From Anthoceros angustus (taxonomy: Eukaryota; Plantae; Anthocerotophyta), in the NCBI GenBank assembly GCA_010909165.1, contig VJWM01000016.1:496001-560000 (forward strand): a stretch of DNA of 64,000 nucleotides, read 5' to 3'. A model generated the notes under the pieces. It did not search any database and had not been told where the DNA came from. It saw nothing but the letters and a program-made list of their open reading frames with translations. Below are positions 37,841-49,610 of the stretch, piece by piece. The translations under genes and the position numbers were made by a program. Position 1 is the stretch's first letter. Every line of letters starts with the position of its first letter.

Positions 37841-38803
37841 ATGGGTTTCAAGGGTACCAAGCAGGAGAAGAAACAGGCGTATGACAGGAAGATGTGCGAC
37901 CTGTTGGAGGAATTCAATCAGGTCCTGATTTGTGCTGCCGACAATGTTGGCTCCAATCAGTTGCAGGCCATCAGGAAGGGGTTGAGGCCCGAGTCTGTGG
38001 TGTTGATGGGAAAAAACACGATGATGAAGAGGACCATTCGGATCCACTCTGAGAAGACGGGCAACGAAGCTATCTTGAATTTGATACCCTTGCTGGTGGG
38101 TAACGTTGGTCTGATCTTCACCAAGGGTGATCTGAAGGAGGTGAGGGAGGAGGTTGCCAAGTACAAGGTGGGAGCACCTGCCCGTGTGGGTCTCGTGGCA
38201 CCCATTGATGTGGTGGTTCCTCCGGGGAACACTGGGCTGGATCCCTCCCAGACTTCTTTCTTCCAGGTGCTTAACATTCCCACGAAGATCAACAAGGGAA
38301 CTGTGGAAATCATAGCCCCAGTGGAGCTTATCAAGAAGGGTGATAAGGTCGGGTCTTCTGAGGCTGCCTTGTTGGCTAAATTGGGAATCCGTCCTTTCTC
38401 GTACGGGCTCGTGGTTCAGAGCATCTACGACAATGGGTCGGTGTTCGATCCTGCAGTTTTGGATCTGACAGAAGATGACTTGATGAGCAAGCTTACTGCT
38501 GGAATATCGACAGTGGCAGCACTTTCTCTGGGTCTGAACTACCCGACACTGGCGGCAGCACCACACTTCTTCGTTAACAGTTATAAGAACGTGTTGGCTA
38601 TTGCCATCGAGACAGGCTACTCATTCCCTCAGGCGGAGAAGGTGAAGGAGTACTTGAAGGATCCGAGCAAATTTGCGGTGGCCGCCGCTCCGGTGGAGAC
38701 ATTAGCAGCTGCTGCACCCGCTGCTTCAGCGGCCAAGGAGGAAGAAAAGGCGGAACCCGCTGAAGAGTCGGACGACGACATGGGCTTCAGCCTGTTCGAC
38801 TAG
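37841..38803 (+). CDS. RPLP0: 60S acidic ribosomal protein P0 (uL10)
   Basis: Intact 320-aa ORF with [24 protein letters not shown], an Ala-rich hinge and terminal [14 protein letters not shown] 3' splice site (ttgcag) sits 5 nt before the ATG. Confidence 0.98.
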   Translation: MGFKGTKQEKKQAYDRKMCDLLEEFNQVLICAADNVGSNQLQAIRKGLRPESVVLMGKNTMMKRTIRIHSEKTGNEAILNLIPLLVGNVGLIFTKGDLKEVREEVAKYKVGAPARVGLVAPIDVVVPPGNTGLDPSQTSFFQVLNIPTKINKGTVEIIAPVELIKKGDKVGSSEAALLAKLGIRPFSYGLVVQSIYDNGSVFDPAVLDLTEDDLMSKLTAGISTVAALSLGLNYPTLAAAPHFFVNSYKNVLAIAIETGYSFPQAEKVKEYLKDPSKFAVAAAPVETLAAAAPAASAAKEEEKAEPAEESDDDMGFSLFD

Positions 38804-39255
38804 TTTCGCTTCAGCTTGTTCAATCACTTTTTCGGCATGTTGTGACGGCCATTTGATGTTCCCAACTTTCTCATGCTTTGGCCGAAGAATTTTTAGGTCT
38901 CTGATGTAAGAATTTGCTGAAGCGGACTTCCGTACTTCTTATGAGTTTGTTGGACCGCTGTTTCTCCCAGGAAGGTTATTGCACAGCTGAGGTGTTTCAA
39001 TGTAAGTACCTACACGTGATGGGACGTCCTCCGGAAGATAAATATTTTCCTACGATTTAACACGCGTAAGCCACGTTGTGTGCTCATATAATCGTATCAG
39101 AATAGGCGGTGATGCCCGGAAGTTCATCACCGCTATGATGTACAAAGTGAGGCTATTTTCACCCTTGGAAGTAACAACCAACAGTCTCCCGAACGGCTGC
39201 TTGCTCAAGTTCCAAGCCTGAGAGCACACAAAAGAGAGACGTCGTTGCAGCAGGG

Positions 39256-40603
39256 CTATACGATTTTGTATTCTTGCTCTAGGGCGTTGCAGATGCGACC
39301 AAGGCAGCACGCAGCGCTTAATGGGTACTCCGAAACTGCAAGACAGCATTCACTCAGATGATGCACCTTCCTCAATACCCACGCTGGTGAAAGACTGCAG
39401 GACAAGGAATGCATGCAAGCTCCAAGACATTTCATACCTGATACTAGATCATCTATGTAATCAGCTTCAATCTTGCCATGGGCCATTGCTCCCACCTGTA
39501 CTGAGATACTTAGAAGGTTCGACTATGGCATGGCACAAAGAAACCGAAAAGCAGGTTTGTCCGTATCCTCACCACAAAAACTGTAGTGGATTTAAGGCCA
39601 GCTGCTTTGATGTAGTCGCGTAATTGAACAACTTTGGGTGCACTAAACGACATTCCTGTTTCCATCATGTACCAGCAGAGACCATCGGTTGGGCCAAGGC
39701 CAGCAGAGCTCAGCCGCAGATGAGCTTGCCAAACCAATTCCATTGAACTAGCACCCCGCTAATCGCCTGAGACTTTCACAAGGAAACTCAAGCTAAGAGA
39801 CTAGCAATATTGTCAGCATTTTCAAGGACCTACCAACACGACGAGCGCCAACAGGCAGATGTCGTGTAACTGGTTGTTTGACGACTCTCAAAAGCTTGTC
39901 GGGACCATTTGTTGCTCGAATGCTTAGCTTTTCTAACAGTTGTACTGCCGCATGACAAACATCAGTCAGACGACAGCCCTAGCCAGAATGTCAGCAGATA
40001 AGAAAATCACCACCTCACCCTAAAACAAAGCTTACCCATAAGACCACAGAAGCGCTTGAAGGTCCGTGGAATACGAATGTGAGGATTCACCTGAATCAGG
40101 ACATTCTTGTCTGTCTTTACAAACAACCCCTTCAACCGTCCTGCCTTATTCAACGGGCTATCCAGAATAGCCAACAAAGCCTGCTCCCTTCCATTCCAAA
40201 AGCCCCATATCAGTAAGCTGGAAACCCGATGGCTGCAATCTCGCGAAGCTCAATAACCCCTAACTGGGCTCCGAAGCAAGACCTGGTGGACGATGTCTGG
40301 ACGATAATTCGCAGGATCCCGCTTGTGTGCCCGCAGGAACTTGGCATGGTCATCGCAATTCAGAAGCTGATACCCCTGCACACACGAATCACGCAACAAA
40401 TCAGGCATTACCATCCAACGCCTGAGCCCCCTTCACCTCGTCAGCACCAGCAGCCCCCGGCCACATACCTTGCCAACTTTGCCAACTTCCAAGGACGCCT
40501 TTTCCAGCACAAAGATCACACCCCCTTCCTCATCCCCAACTGACGTCCCCGTTCCACTGGGCGCTGGAGTCACAATGTCTATAGTTCCCTCCAATTCCCC
40601 CAT
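39256..40603 (-). CDS. EMG1: rRNA small-subunit pseudouridine methyltransferase Nep1/Emg1 (7 coding exons; start codon tentative)
   Basis: GT-AG-bounded exons encode VIFVLEKASLEVGKVGK / GYQLLNCDDH..YRPDIVHQ / ALLAILDSPLNKAG..IRIPRTFKRFCGLM / QLLEKLSIRA / GMSFSA / VGAMAHG / SEYPLSAACCLGRICNALEQEYKIV*. Confidence 0.93.
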
Positions 40604-40751
40604 TTTGAAAGCCGCAGCACGACGTAGAGAACTGTCGATTCAGGAGCATGAATAGAGGCATATATAGCCTCGTTGATGGAGGAGGAAGAATATATTGTAA
40701 ACCACTGGATTGATCGAGTCGTCCTCCGCCATGATAGAAGGCTCCGAGCAG

Positions 40752-40790
40752 GGGTTTAGGGGTTTAGGGTTGAAGACAAGAAACCCTAAA
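40752..40790. promoter_or_regulatory. Telo-box cluster upstream of EMG1 (a similar motif lies at ~37338 upstream of RPF1/RPLP0)
   Basis: GGTTTAGGGGTTTAGGG and AAACCCTAAA. Telo-boxes are typical of plant ribosome and translation gene promoters. Confidence 0.6.
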
Positions 40791-41367
40791 CTTCCGTGGA
40801 GAGCTAAAATGTCTTCCCAAGCAATTTTTCCAGTAGCAGCGTTTAGCTTTAATCCTCCTGTCCCAAGCATGTAGCACGTCTGCACGCCTTGCCGACCAGC
40901 GTCGGCTTGGCCCCCGGCTCGTTGTGGATCGCAGGGTGTAGGAATATCCTTCTCTCCTTTGTTTGTGAAGCGGAGCGTTTTTCCTTCGCCGGAGCTTTGG
41001 GGTTTCCTCTGAACAGGAGTGGTCCTTGGAGTTCATTGATTTCGTGCTCTGCATGTTAATTAGTTTCTTGAGAGTATCTCCTGCCTACTGTGGTGTCATC
41101 AGCCTGCCGCTTTTCGGTGTCATCAGCCCGTCGAAAAAGTGACAGGCTAGTGCTCTTGTGCTATCTGCTATTCTGGGGTTAAAAGCGGCATAATATTCAG
41201 CACCAGCTTTGATGAGCCTTTCACATCAAAGACGACAAGCGAACTGCGAACGGCATGCGACAGTGCGCCTTTAATGCTTTGGCAGATTACAAAAATAGTA
41301 TAACTACGGGCATAGCCGGCCTCACAGCGCCGTAAACCGACGGCACGGTAGCGAAGCGCCTGGTAAC

Positions 41368-41496
41368 TATGACCCTCCGTGATAAGCGGGCCGGGTCGGC
41401 ATGATAAGCGGGCCGGGTCCCGGTGGCCTGGCTTTATGACCCTCCGTGATAAGCGGGCCGGGTCGGCATGATAAGCGGGCCGGGTCCCGGTGGCCT
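41368..41496. repeat. 2 x 67-bp repeat containing 4 x TGATAAGCGGGCCGGGTC
   Basis: Read directly; probably subterminal repeats of the adjacent transposon. Confidence 0.85.
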
Positions 41497-41550
41497 AACC
41501 TAATGACACGATGATATATAATCTCACTGGCTTAGCCATACGGCTATATA

Positions 41551-41710
41551 AGCATGTGGATAGGGTGTGGTCTAGCTTCTGGCCGTGTTCCTTGAGCATG
41601 TGGATAGGGTGTGGTCTAGCTTCTCGCCGTGTTCCTTGAGCATGTGGATAGGGTGTGGTCTAGCTTCTGGCCGTGTTCCTTGTGCAGGGTGTGCTCTAGC
41701 TTGTGGGCGT
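41551..41710. repeat. 3.5 x 44-bp tandem repeat
   Basis: agcatgtggatagggtgtggtctagcttctggccgtgttccttg at 41551, 41595 and 41639. Confidence 0.92.
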
Positions 41711-41877
41711 GTTTTTTTGCAGATGGTCACTCGCCGTGATGGAGTGTGTTTTTTTTGAGTTGTGTTCTTTAATGACATAAGTCTCCTCATGATAGAGTGT
41801 AGGTTAATGTCTTTTTGGTGTTGAGTTTTAAGGATTATTTTTTCTTATTTTTAGCCTGATTTTTTATTAATATCGTT

Positions 41878-42360
41878 ATGAGTACATTTGCATACTTATG
41901 TCTTCAATTATTACTACAAGCTCATGATTCTATTCCTCCTACTCATGATGAGGATGACAATTTGATGTTATACTCCATGTTTATAGCTGTAATGGTCACA
42001 TTGCTTGCGGCTGGAAGTGAAGAGGAGATCATTGAGCGAAGAAAATGCAGTGGAAATTTCCTCGTCAAATCACACTATGGCGGGATGTACACATGAGGCT
42101 TGGCAAGTTAGAAGGGATGAGGTGCAGGATGCTCAATGGCGTTTTGCTTACAGGATGTCGTACCCTAACTTCATGGCTTTAGTTGACCTTTTCAAGCCAT
42201 ACATTGTGCGTGCTGCGTTTAGAGAACCTTTGGAGTTGCACCATGCTATTGCCATGGTTTTGCATCGGCTTGCTAGAGGCCTTCCTCCTCATATTGTTGC
42301 TGACATGTATGGAGTTGGTGCATCTACCGTGGTTCAATATACCTTGTTGGTTACGGAGTA
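41878..42360 (+). mobile_element. PIF/Harbinger transposase N-terminal fragment
   Basis: WRFAYRMSYPNFMALVDLFKPYI...HAIAMVLHRLARG...VADMYGVGASTV is the typical Harbinger HTH region. The DDE core is missing. Confidence 0.8.
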
Positions 42361-42879
42361 CAGTGTGTGTAACAGAAAACAAATCTACACAACAAAAACA
42401 TAGAATCGTTTAACTATTGCTCGTCCACATTCTAATGCCTTTTCTTTGAGCGCTTTCCTAAAACCGTGGCTATGTAGTTGGTTCTCCCGCATCTGCATTC
42501 TTCATATCATGCTCTAATAGAAGTGTTTGCATCTTCCACGAGTTTTCCATTTTGTGACCTCAATTCGATAGGCCTTGAGCAAAAGCGCTAACCAGAACGA
42601 TGTCCTTGCCCAATCCAGCAGAAGACCTCCGGCGCTTCACTTTTCTACATCGTATACCCTCTTGAGCTTGCTGGTCACTATCGGTATGCCATAAGTTGAG
42701 GATCACGAGTCAGTATGTCCCCATGGCCATGTGCTCTGCCTTCTTCAACGTGAAAAGAAGACCACACACAAGGCGCACGAGGTTAGCAATCTCCACTTAC
42801 AACAAAGGCCTACCCAACCACACAAGAAGGACTCATCTCGGTTTGGCGGACACATCAAAGCAGACCAAGTTGGCGAGAC

Positions 42880-43262
42880 AAGCACTTCAAGTTGGCGGGC
42901 ACTCAAAATTGGCAGCCACCTCAAGTTAGGCGAGCACCAAATTGGCAGCCACCTCAAGTTGAGACGGACACTTTCGAGGTGGCGAGCACATAAGATTGTG
43001 CGAGCACATATGCTTAGGCGTGACGGTACTCAAAATTGGCAGCCACCTCAAGTTAGGCGGACACTTTCGGTCGCGGGCACATAAGATTGTCGGGCACACA
43101 TATGCTTGGGCGTGGCGGGCACTCAAAATTGGCAGCCACCTCAAGTTAAGCAAGCACCAAATTGGGCCCACCTCAAGTTAGGCGGGCACACCAAATTGGC
43201 AGCCACCTCAAGTTAGTGACACACACACTCGAGTGGCGGGCACATAAGATTGTGGAGAGTGC
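42880..43262. repeat. Modular minisatellite (AAATTGGCAGCCACCTCAAGTT + CACATAAGATTGT units); sister clusters at ~45660-46050 and ~47170-47525
   Basis: About 6 copies of the 22-bp core per cluster, separated by a small set of reused linkers. Confidence 0.9.
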
Positions 43263-46200
43263 TTGGGCGTGACGCACGGTGGCACCTCTGAACATAAAAA
43301 CTTTGCATCGTCTGAGCTCTGTTACCTAGAGCCGAGGAATCGGTGGTGGAGGTGCTGCTTGCACCACACCATCCACAGTGTGCCATCTAGTGTAGTGCGT
43401 CATGCTCCATCTTGGGCTTGGTTTGTGAAGTGCGTGGTCGAAGGTGGCTGCAGGATCACTGTGCGTTTGGAATTCCAGTGAACTTGGGATTGCCCTCACA
43501 AGGCAGCCATCGCCTCGTAGTGCATCCAGTAGAGTTCACTTGGCCCGAGCTTGTCTTGGACTCCTTCTCCTTCACTGTGTTTTTCTTCAAATTCTCCGAC
43601 CACACTTTTTGCCGTCAAGCCAACAATCTTAGAGCTACTCACATCTTAGAGATTTGTGTCCAATGTCTAGTTGCCGAGTTGGCGCTTGAGGTGGACCACT
43701 TGCATCTCGATATATACCTCGATTAAAGTCACGATTGCTTCTTGATCCAAGTGATGACCTCGAGCGTTTTCTACTTGATCGCATATTCCCTAGCACTCCC
43801 GGACTGACATCATCATCGAATCTTGCTCCATATTTTACGTCACAGGCGACTCCTCTGTACTTGTATTGGTGAAGATATGCAGCTTCCTCCATTGTTCGAG
43901 AGGCCATCGGCACCAAAGCAGGCAAGGCCTTGTCCATGCACCAGCCGGCGGTGGAGCAGGATACCCGAGCGGTGCGAGGATACCGGGTTTTCTACAAAGA
44001 CTCGGTCGTGCGAGGGGACACCCACCTTGTGCATGATGATGAAACTCTAGGCATCAAGAATGACACCACGGCTTGTGAGCGAACCGCAACACCGTAGAAC
44101 TTGTGCCGTCGTATGGAAGTGACCACGACAGTCTGAGAACTCAAAGATGCGGTGGAGGTGCCCGGCAAGGATGGGGAGGGCGTGACCATTATGGCGTTCT
44201 GCGAGGGGTATGGATGTAGCCACTTGTCTTTGGTGTTCAATGGCGATTCTCTGGCTGGTGGCGGCCACTATGTCGAGCCAGGTGAAGTGGCTATTGTTAT
44301 TCATAAGGATGCGGAGAAATCGCCACTTCAAGCATCGGTGTGCCGTGGTGGAGGTGTCGGTGGGCCGGCGTCGGTCTTTGCGTAGAAAAGGTCGAGACTC
44401 AGGAACTTTGAAACGGAAGGGTGCCTCCAATTCCGGGAGACCAGGGCGTCCCAAGAAAGCTTCACAAAGAGATCCAGCGTGGGGTGGTGAGATTTTTGCA
44501 GCAGGTGAAAAAGTTGTGAAAGGTTACTACTATGAGCAGGTGCCTACTGACAAAAGTGCCTACCAGCTACTGGATTCAGGGCCACGTGGTGACCCCATAA
44601 TGCTTGAAGCTGAGACTGTCCTGATCACAAAGTTTCCAATGGTAGCTGCCAATGAGAAGAACAAGAACACTCTGCGACTTTCTTGGCTCTCTGGATATAG
44701 AACATGGTTGGATCAAGTTGTGGCGACATAGCGTAAAGGGAGGGTCTGCTGCAAAATATACATGGGCTTGCTTTGTTCTTAGTCCACAGTGGTCACTTTT
44801 TGTCAAGGCTTGTAGACATGTGTAGGATCTTGTGGATGGGCAGTATTAATGTGCAGGCATCCATAATTGGCATAGATGTGAATCCTTGCACTTTTGACAA
44901 TCATGTTACTTGTGGGAGAATGCACTGGTTTTTGTGGGTCCTGTGAAGCAATTCTCCGTTTGTAGTTCTTAGCGTTGGGAAGCTACCGGTTGTAATTGCT
45001 CAATGCGAGCAAACCCACTTGCGAGAAAAGAGGGCCTCGGATGGTCTGAAACAATGCCTCGAGCGATCCAGCGATTCAATGCTCGTGGTACGGACACATA
45101 TGCAATTCAATGACACGATTAGTTTAATAACACGGCCATGTAGACATTTTGTGGACAGAACACACAACAAAACATAGAATCGTTTAACTATTGCTCGTCC
45201 ACATTCTAATGCCTGCTTTTCTTTGGAGACTGCTTTCCTAAAACCGTGGCTATGTGTAGTTGGTTCTCCAACTGCATCTGTTGTTTCTTCATATCATGCT
45301 CTAATAGAAGTGTTTGCATCTTCACAGAGTTTTCCATTTTGGCGACCTCAATTCGATAGGCGAGCAAAAGCGCTAACCAGCGATGTCCTTGCCCAATCCG
45401 GTGAAGACCTCCGCTTCACTTTTCTGCATCATTATACCCTCTTGAGCTTCTTTGGTCACTATCGTATACATAGTTGAGGATCACGAGGCTCAGTATGTCC
45501 CCATGGCCATGTGCTCTGCCATTCAACGTGAAAAAAGACCACACACAAGACTGCACGAGGTTAGCAATCTCCACTTACAACAAAGGCCTACCCAACCACA
45601 CAAGAAGGACTCATCTCAGTTTGGCAGACACACATCAAACAGACCAAGTTGGCAGCGAGACAAGCACTTCAAGTTAGGCAGGCACTCAAAATTGGCAGCC
45701 ACCTCAAGTTAGGCAGGCACACCAAATTGGCAGCCACCTCAAGTTAGTGGACACCTTTCGGGTGGCGAGCACATAAGATTGTGCAGGCACATATGCTTAG
45801 AGGCGTGGTACTCAAAATTGGCAGCCACCTCAAGTTAGGCGGGCACATAAGATTGTGCGAGCACATAAGATTGTGCAGAGCACATATGCTTGGAGGCGTG
45901 ACAGGCACTCAAAATTGGCAGCCACCTCAAGTTAAGCAAGCACACCAAATTGGCAGCCACCTCAAGTTAGGCAGGCACACCAAATTGGCAGCCACCTCAA
46001 GTTAGGCAGGCACACACACTCAGAATTGGCAGGCACATAAGATTGTGGAGAGTGCTTGGAGGCGTGACAGCACGGCTGGCACCTCTGCCAGGCATAAAAA
46101 CTTTGCATCGTACAGAAGCTCTGTTACCTAGAGCCAGGAATCAGTGGTGGAGGTGCTCTGCTTGCACCCACACCATCCACAGGTGTGCCATCTAGTGTCG

Positions 46201-47759
46201 TGGATGTGCGAGCCAGCCGAGACGGAAGGAACTTGTTGCCGACCTCGGGTGGCGCCCTCAATCTATCACATCGCGTGTCCTCCTCGCTTGAGTCCCCTGC
46301 CGAAGCATGCGGATCGGTGCCTTCGTCAACCCGACCACCTCCATGATGTGCGTGCTGGCGGTGGAAGGCTTGGCATATGGGGCCACTGATCTCGGACCTT
46401 CTTCCATGGCGCTTGCGTGCCTTGGCCCGTTCCATTCGATGCAAGTAGTGTGCGGCCAAGGTGACTAGTGACTTTTCATCGTTGACAAATGGTGATACTC
46501 ACCTCCGGAGGTGCCTGGGCCAGCTTGCCTAATCCGGCTTGAAGATTCCATGTCCCTCCCCACACCAACCACTCCTCCCAAGTGCGCGCTTCCATTGCAT
46601 ACAAGAGCGAAGTCCGCAAATCAGTCTCCACAAAGGACAAAGGCGGGCTAGCTTGCGTGGTCTGAAGTGCTTGCCGGCTTTAAATTGCCAATCGGAGGCC
46701 ACTCGTGTGCATAAGGCCACGAAGGTGGGTGACATGATTACTTTTGTAACATGCCCAAGTGTAAGGAAAGCAAGGCCTTGTCCGCAGCACCGCGGATACC
46801 GGCGGTGGAGCAGGATACCCGGGCGGTGCAGGATACCCGGGTTTTCTACACCGAGACTCAGGTCGTGCAGGGGGACACCCACCTTGTGCATGATGATGAA
46901 ACTCGGCATCAAGAATGACACACGCTTGCGGACGAACACGCAACACCAGAACTTGTGCCCGTCGTGGAAGTGACCACGGATGCGAACTAGATGAGGTGGA
47001 GGTGCCCGGCAAGGATGGGAGGGGCGTGACCATTATGGCGGTGGCTTTGCGGTGGTATGGATGTGGCCACTTGTCTTTGGTGTTCCAATGGCGATTCTCT
47101 GGTGAAGCGGCCACTATGTGTCGAGCCACCGGTAAGTGGCTGTCATTCATAAGGATGCGGAGAAATCGCCACTTCAAGTTAAGCGGGCACTCAAAATTGG
47201 CAGCCACCTCAAGTTAAGCAAGCACACCAAATTGGCAGCCACCTCAAGTTGGCGAGACACTTTCGGGTGGCGAGCACATAAGATTGTGCGAGCACATATG
47301 CTTAGAGGCGTGGTACTCAAAATTGGCAGCCACCTCAAGTTAGGGTCAGGCACATAAGATTGTGCGAGCACATATGCTTGGGCGTGGCGGCACTCAAAAT
47401 TGGCAGCCACCTCAAGTTAAGCAAGCACCAAATTGGGCACCTCAAGTTAGGCGGGCACACCAAATTGGCAGCCACCTCAAGTTAGCGACACACACACTCG
47501 AGTGGCGGGCACATAAGATTGTGGAGAGTGCTTGGGCGTGGCAGCAGGTGGCACCTCCCCGCGAACATAAAAACTTTGCATCGTCTGAGCTCTGTTACCT
47601 AGAGCCGAGGGAATCGGTGGTGGAGGTGCTGCGCACCCACACCATCCACAGGTGTGCCATCTAGTGTGTGCGTCATGCTCCATCTTGGTTTGTGAAGTCG
47701 ATCGAAGGTGGCTTTGCCGGATCCTGTGCGTTTGGAATTCCAGCGAACTTGGGATTGCC

Positions 47760-48045
47760 CTCACAAAGGGCAGCCATCGCCTCGTAGTGCATCCAGTAGA
47801 GTTCACTTGGCACAGCTTGTCTTGGACTCCTTCTCCTTCCTGTATTTTTCTTCAAATTCTCCGACACTGCTTACACTTTTTTAAGCCAACAATCTTGAGC
47901 TACTCACATCTTTAGAGATTTGTGTCCAATGTCTAGTTGCCAGGTTGCCGCGCTTGAGGTGGACCACTTGCATCTCGATATATGCCTCGATTAAAGTCAC
48001 AGTTGCTTCTTCAGTCCAAGTGATGACCTCCGAACGTTTTCCTGC
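47760..48045 (-). pseudogene. Myb/SANT-like (trihelix) DNA-binding domain, Harbinger ORF2-like; second copy at ~43490-43770
   Basis: TWTEEATVTLIEAYIEMQVVHLKRGNLATRHWTQISKDV followed by QC..ENLKK(K)YRKEK..YWMHYEAM. Confidence 0.75.
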
Positions 48046-49337
48046 GGCGTCTGCATATTCCCTAGCACTCCCGGACATCATCATCCGAATCTTGCTCCAT
48101 ATTTTACTGTCTGCGGCGAGCGACTCCTCTGTACTTATTGGTGAAGATATGCACGGCTTCCTCCATTGTTCGAGAGGCCATGCACCAAAAAGGCAAGGCC
48201 TTGTCCATGACCCAGCCGGATACCGGCGGTGGAGCAGGATACCCGAGCGGTGCGAGGATACCGGGTTTTCTACAAAGAGACTCGGGTCGTGCGGGGGACA
48301 CCACCTTGTGCATGATGATGAAACTCTAGCTGTGAAGAATGACACACATGCGAGCGAACCGCAACTGTAGAACTTGTGCCGTCGTATGGGTGACCACGGA
48401 TGCGAACTCAAAGATGCGGTGGAGGTGCCCGGCAAGGATGGGAGGCGTGACCATTATGGCGGTTAACTGCGAGTGGTATGGATGTGGCCACTTGTCTTTG
48501 GTGTTCCAATGGCGATTCTCTGGTGAAGCGGCCACTATGTGTCGAGCCACCGGTAAGTGGCTGTCATTCATAAGGATGCGGAGAAATCGCCACTTCAAGC
48601 ATCGCCGACCGAAGTGGTGGAGGTATCCGTGACGACGCCGCCTTGCGTAGAAAAGGCAAGTCGGAGGCAACTCGGAACTTGAAACCGGAAGGTGCCTCAA
48701 TTCCGGAGACAGGCGTCCCAAGAAAGCTTCACAAAGAGATCCAGTGATGGGGTGGTGAGATTTTTGCAGCAGGTGTTGTGAAAGGTTACTACTATGAGCG
48801 GTGCCTCGACAAAAGTGCCTACCATATCGGATTCAGGCCACGTGGTGACCCATAATGCTTGAAGTCGACCATCCGATCACAAAGTTTCCAATGGTAGCTG
48901 CCAATGAGAAGAACAAGAACACTCTGCAGCTTTACTGGCTCTCTGCTGGATATAGAACATGGTTGGATCAAGTTGTGGCGACATAGCGTAAAGGGAGGGG
49001 TCCTGCTGCAAAATATACATGGGCTTGCTTTGTTCTTAGTCCGGTGGTCACTTTTTGTCAAGGCTTGTAGACATGTGTAGGATGTGGATGGATGATTAAT
49101 GTGCAAGCATCCATAATTGGCATAGATGTGAATCCTTGCACTTTTGACAATCATGTTACTTGTGGGAGAATGCACTGGTTTTTGTGGGTCCTGTGAAGCA
49201 ATTCTCCGTTTGTAGTTCTTAGCAACGTTGGGAGGAAGCTACCGGTTGTAATTGCTCAATTACGAGCAAACCCGACACACTTGCGAGAAAAGAGGGCCTC
49301 GGATGGTCTCGAAAACAATGCCTCGAGTCGATCCGAT

Positions 49338-49610
49338 TCAATGCTCGTGGCACACACATATGCAATTCCAATGACACCAGATTAGTTTAATGACACACGG
49401 CCATGTAGACATTTTGTGGGACAGAACACACAACAAAGATCGCTCAGAACCAGCTTTAACATGAAACCAAAGATCCAAAATATGCCACACCACCGATTTC
49501 ACATCGCCACCCTCGTGGCCCAAAGTCGATGTAATGTACAATGCCACAAAATAAGCATCAAGGGATCGCTCCGCCATCCACCCATTGTCACACAACCTAT
49601 CTAGTGTCGT
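49338..49610 (-). pseudogene. Possible Ulp1/C48 peptidase-like remnant
   Basis: LCDNGWMAERSLDAYF...HILDLWF...CHW resembles the Ulp1 W-L-x-D-x-x-I-D-A-Y and HW motifs. The catalytic Cys motif was not found. Confidence 0.3.

Noticed and set aside
41362-41376. GTAACTATGACCCTC resembles the 28S rDNA R2/I-PpoI site
   Set aside because: Only ~14 bp match, with no flanking rRNA similarity, and it overlaps a local repeat unit.
42880-43262. CRISPR-like array of 22-24-bp repeats
   Set aside because: Spacers are variable in length and are themselves repeated modules. There are no cas genes and the context is eukaryotic.
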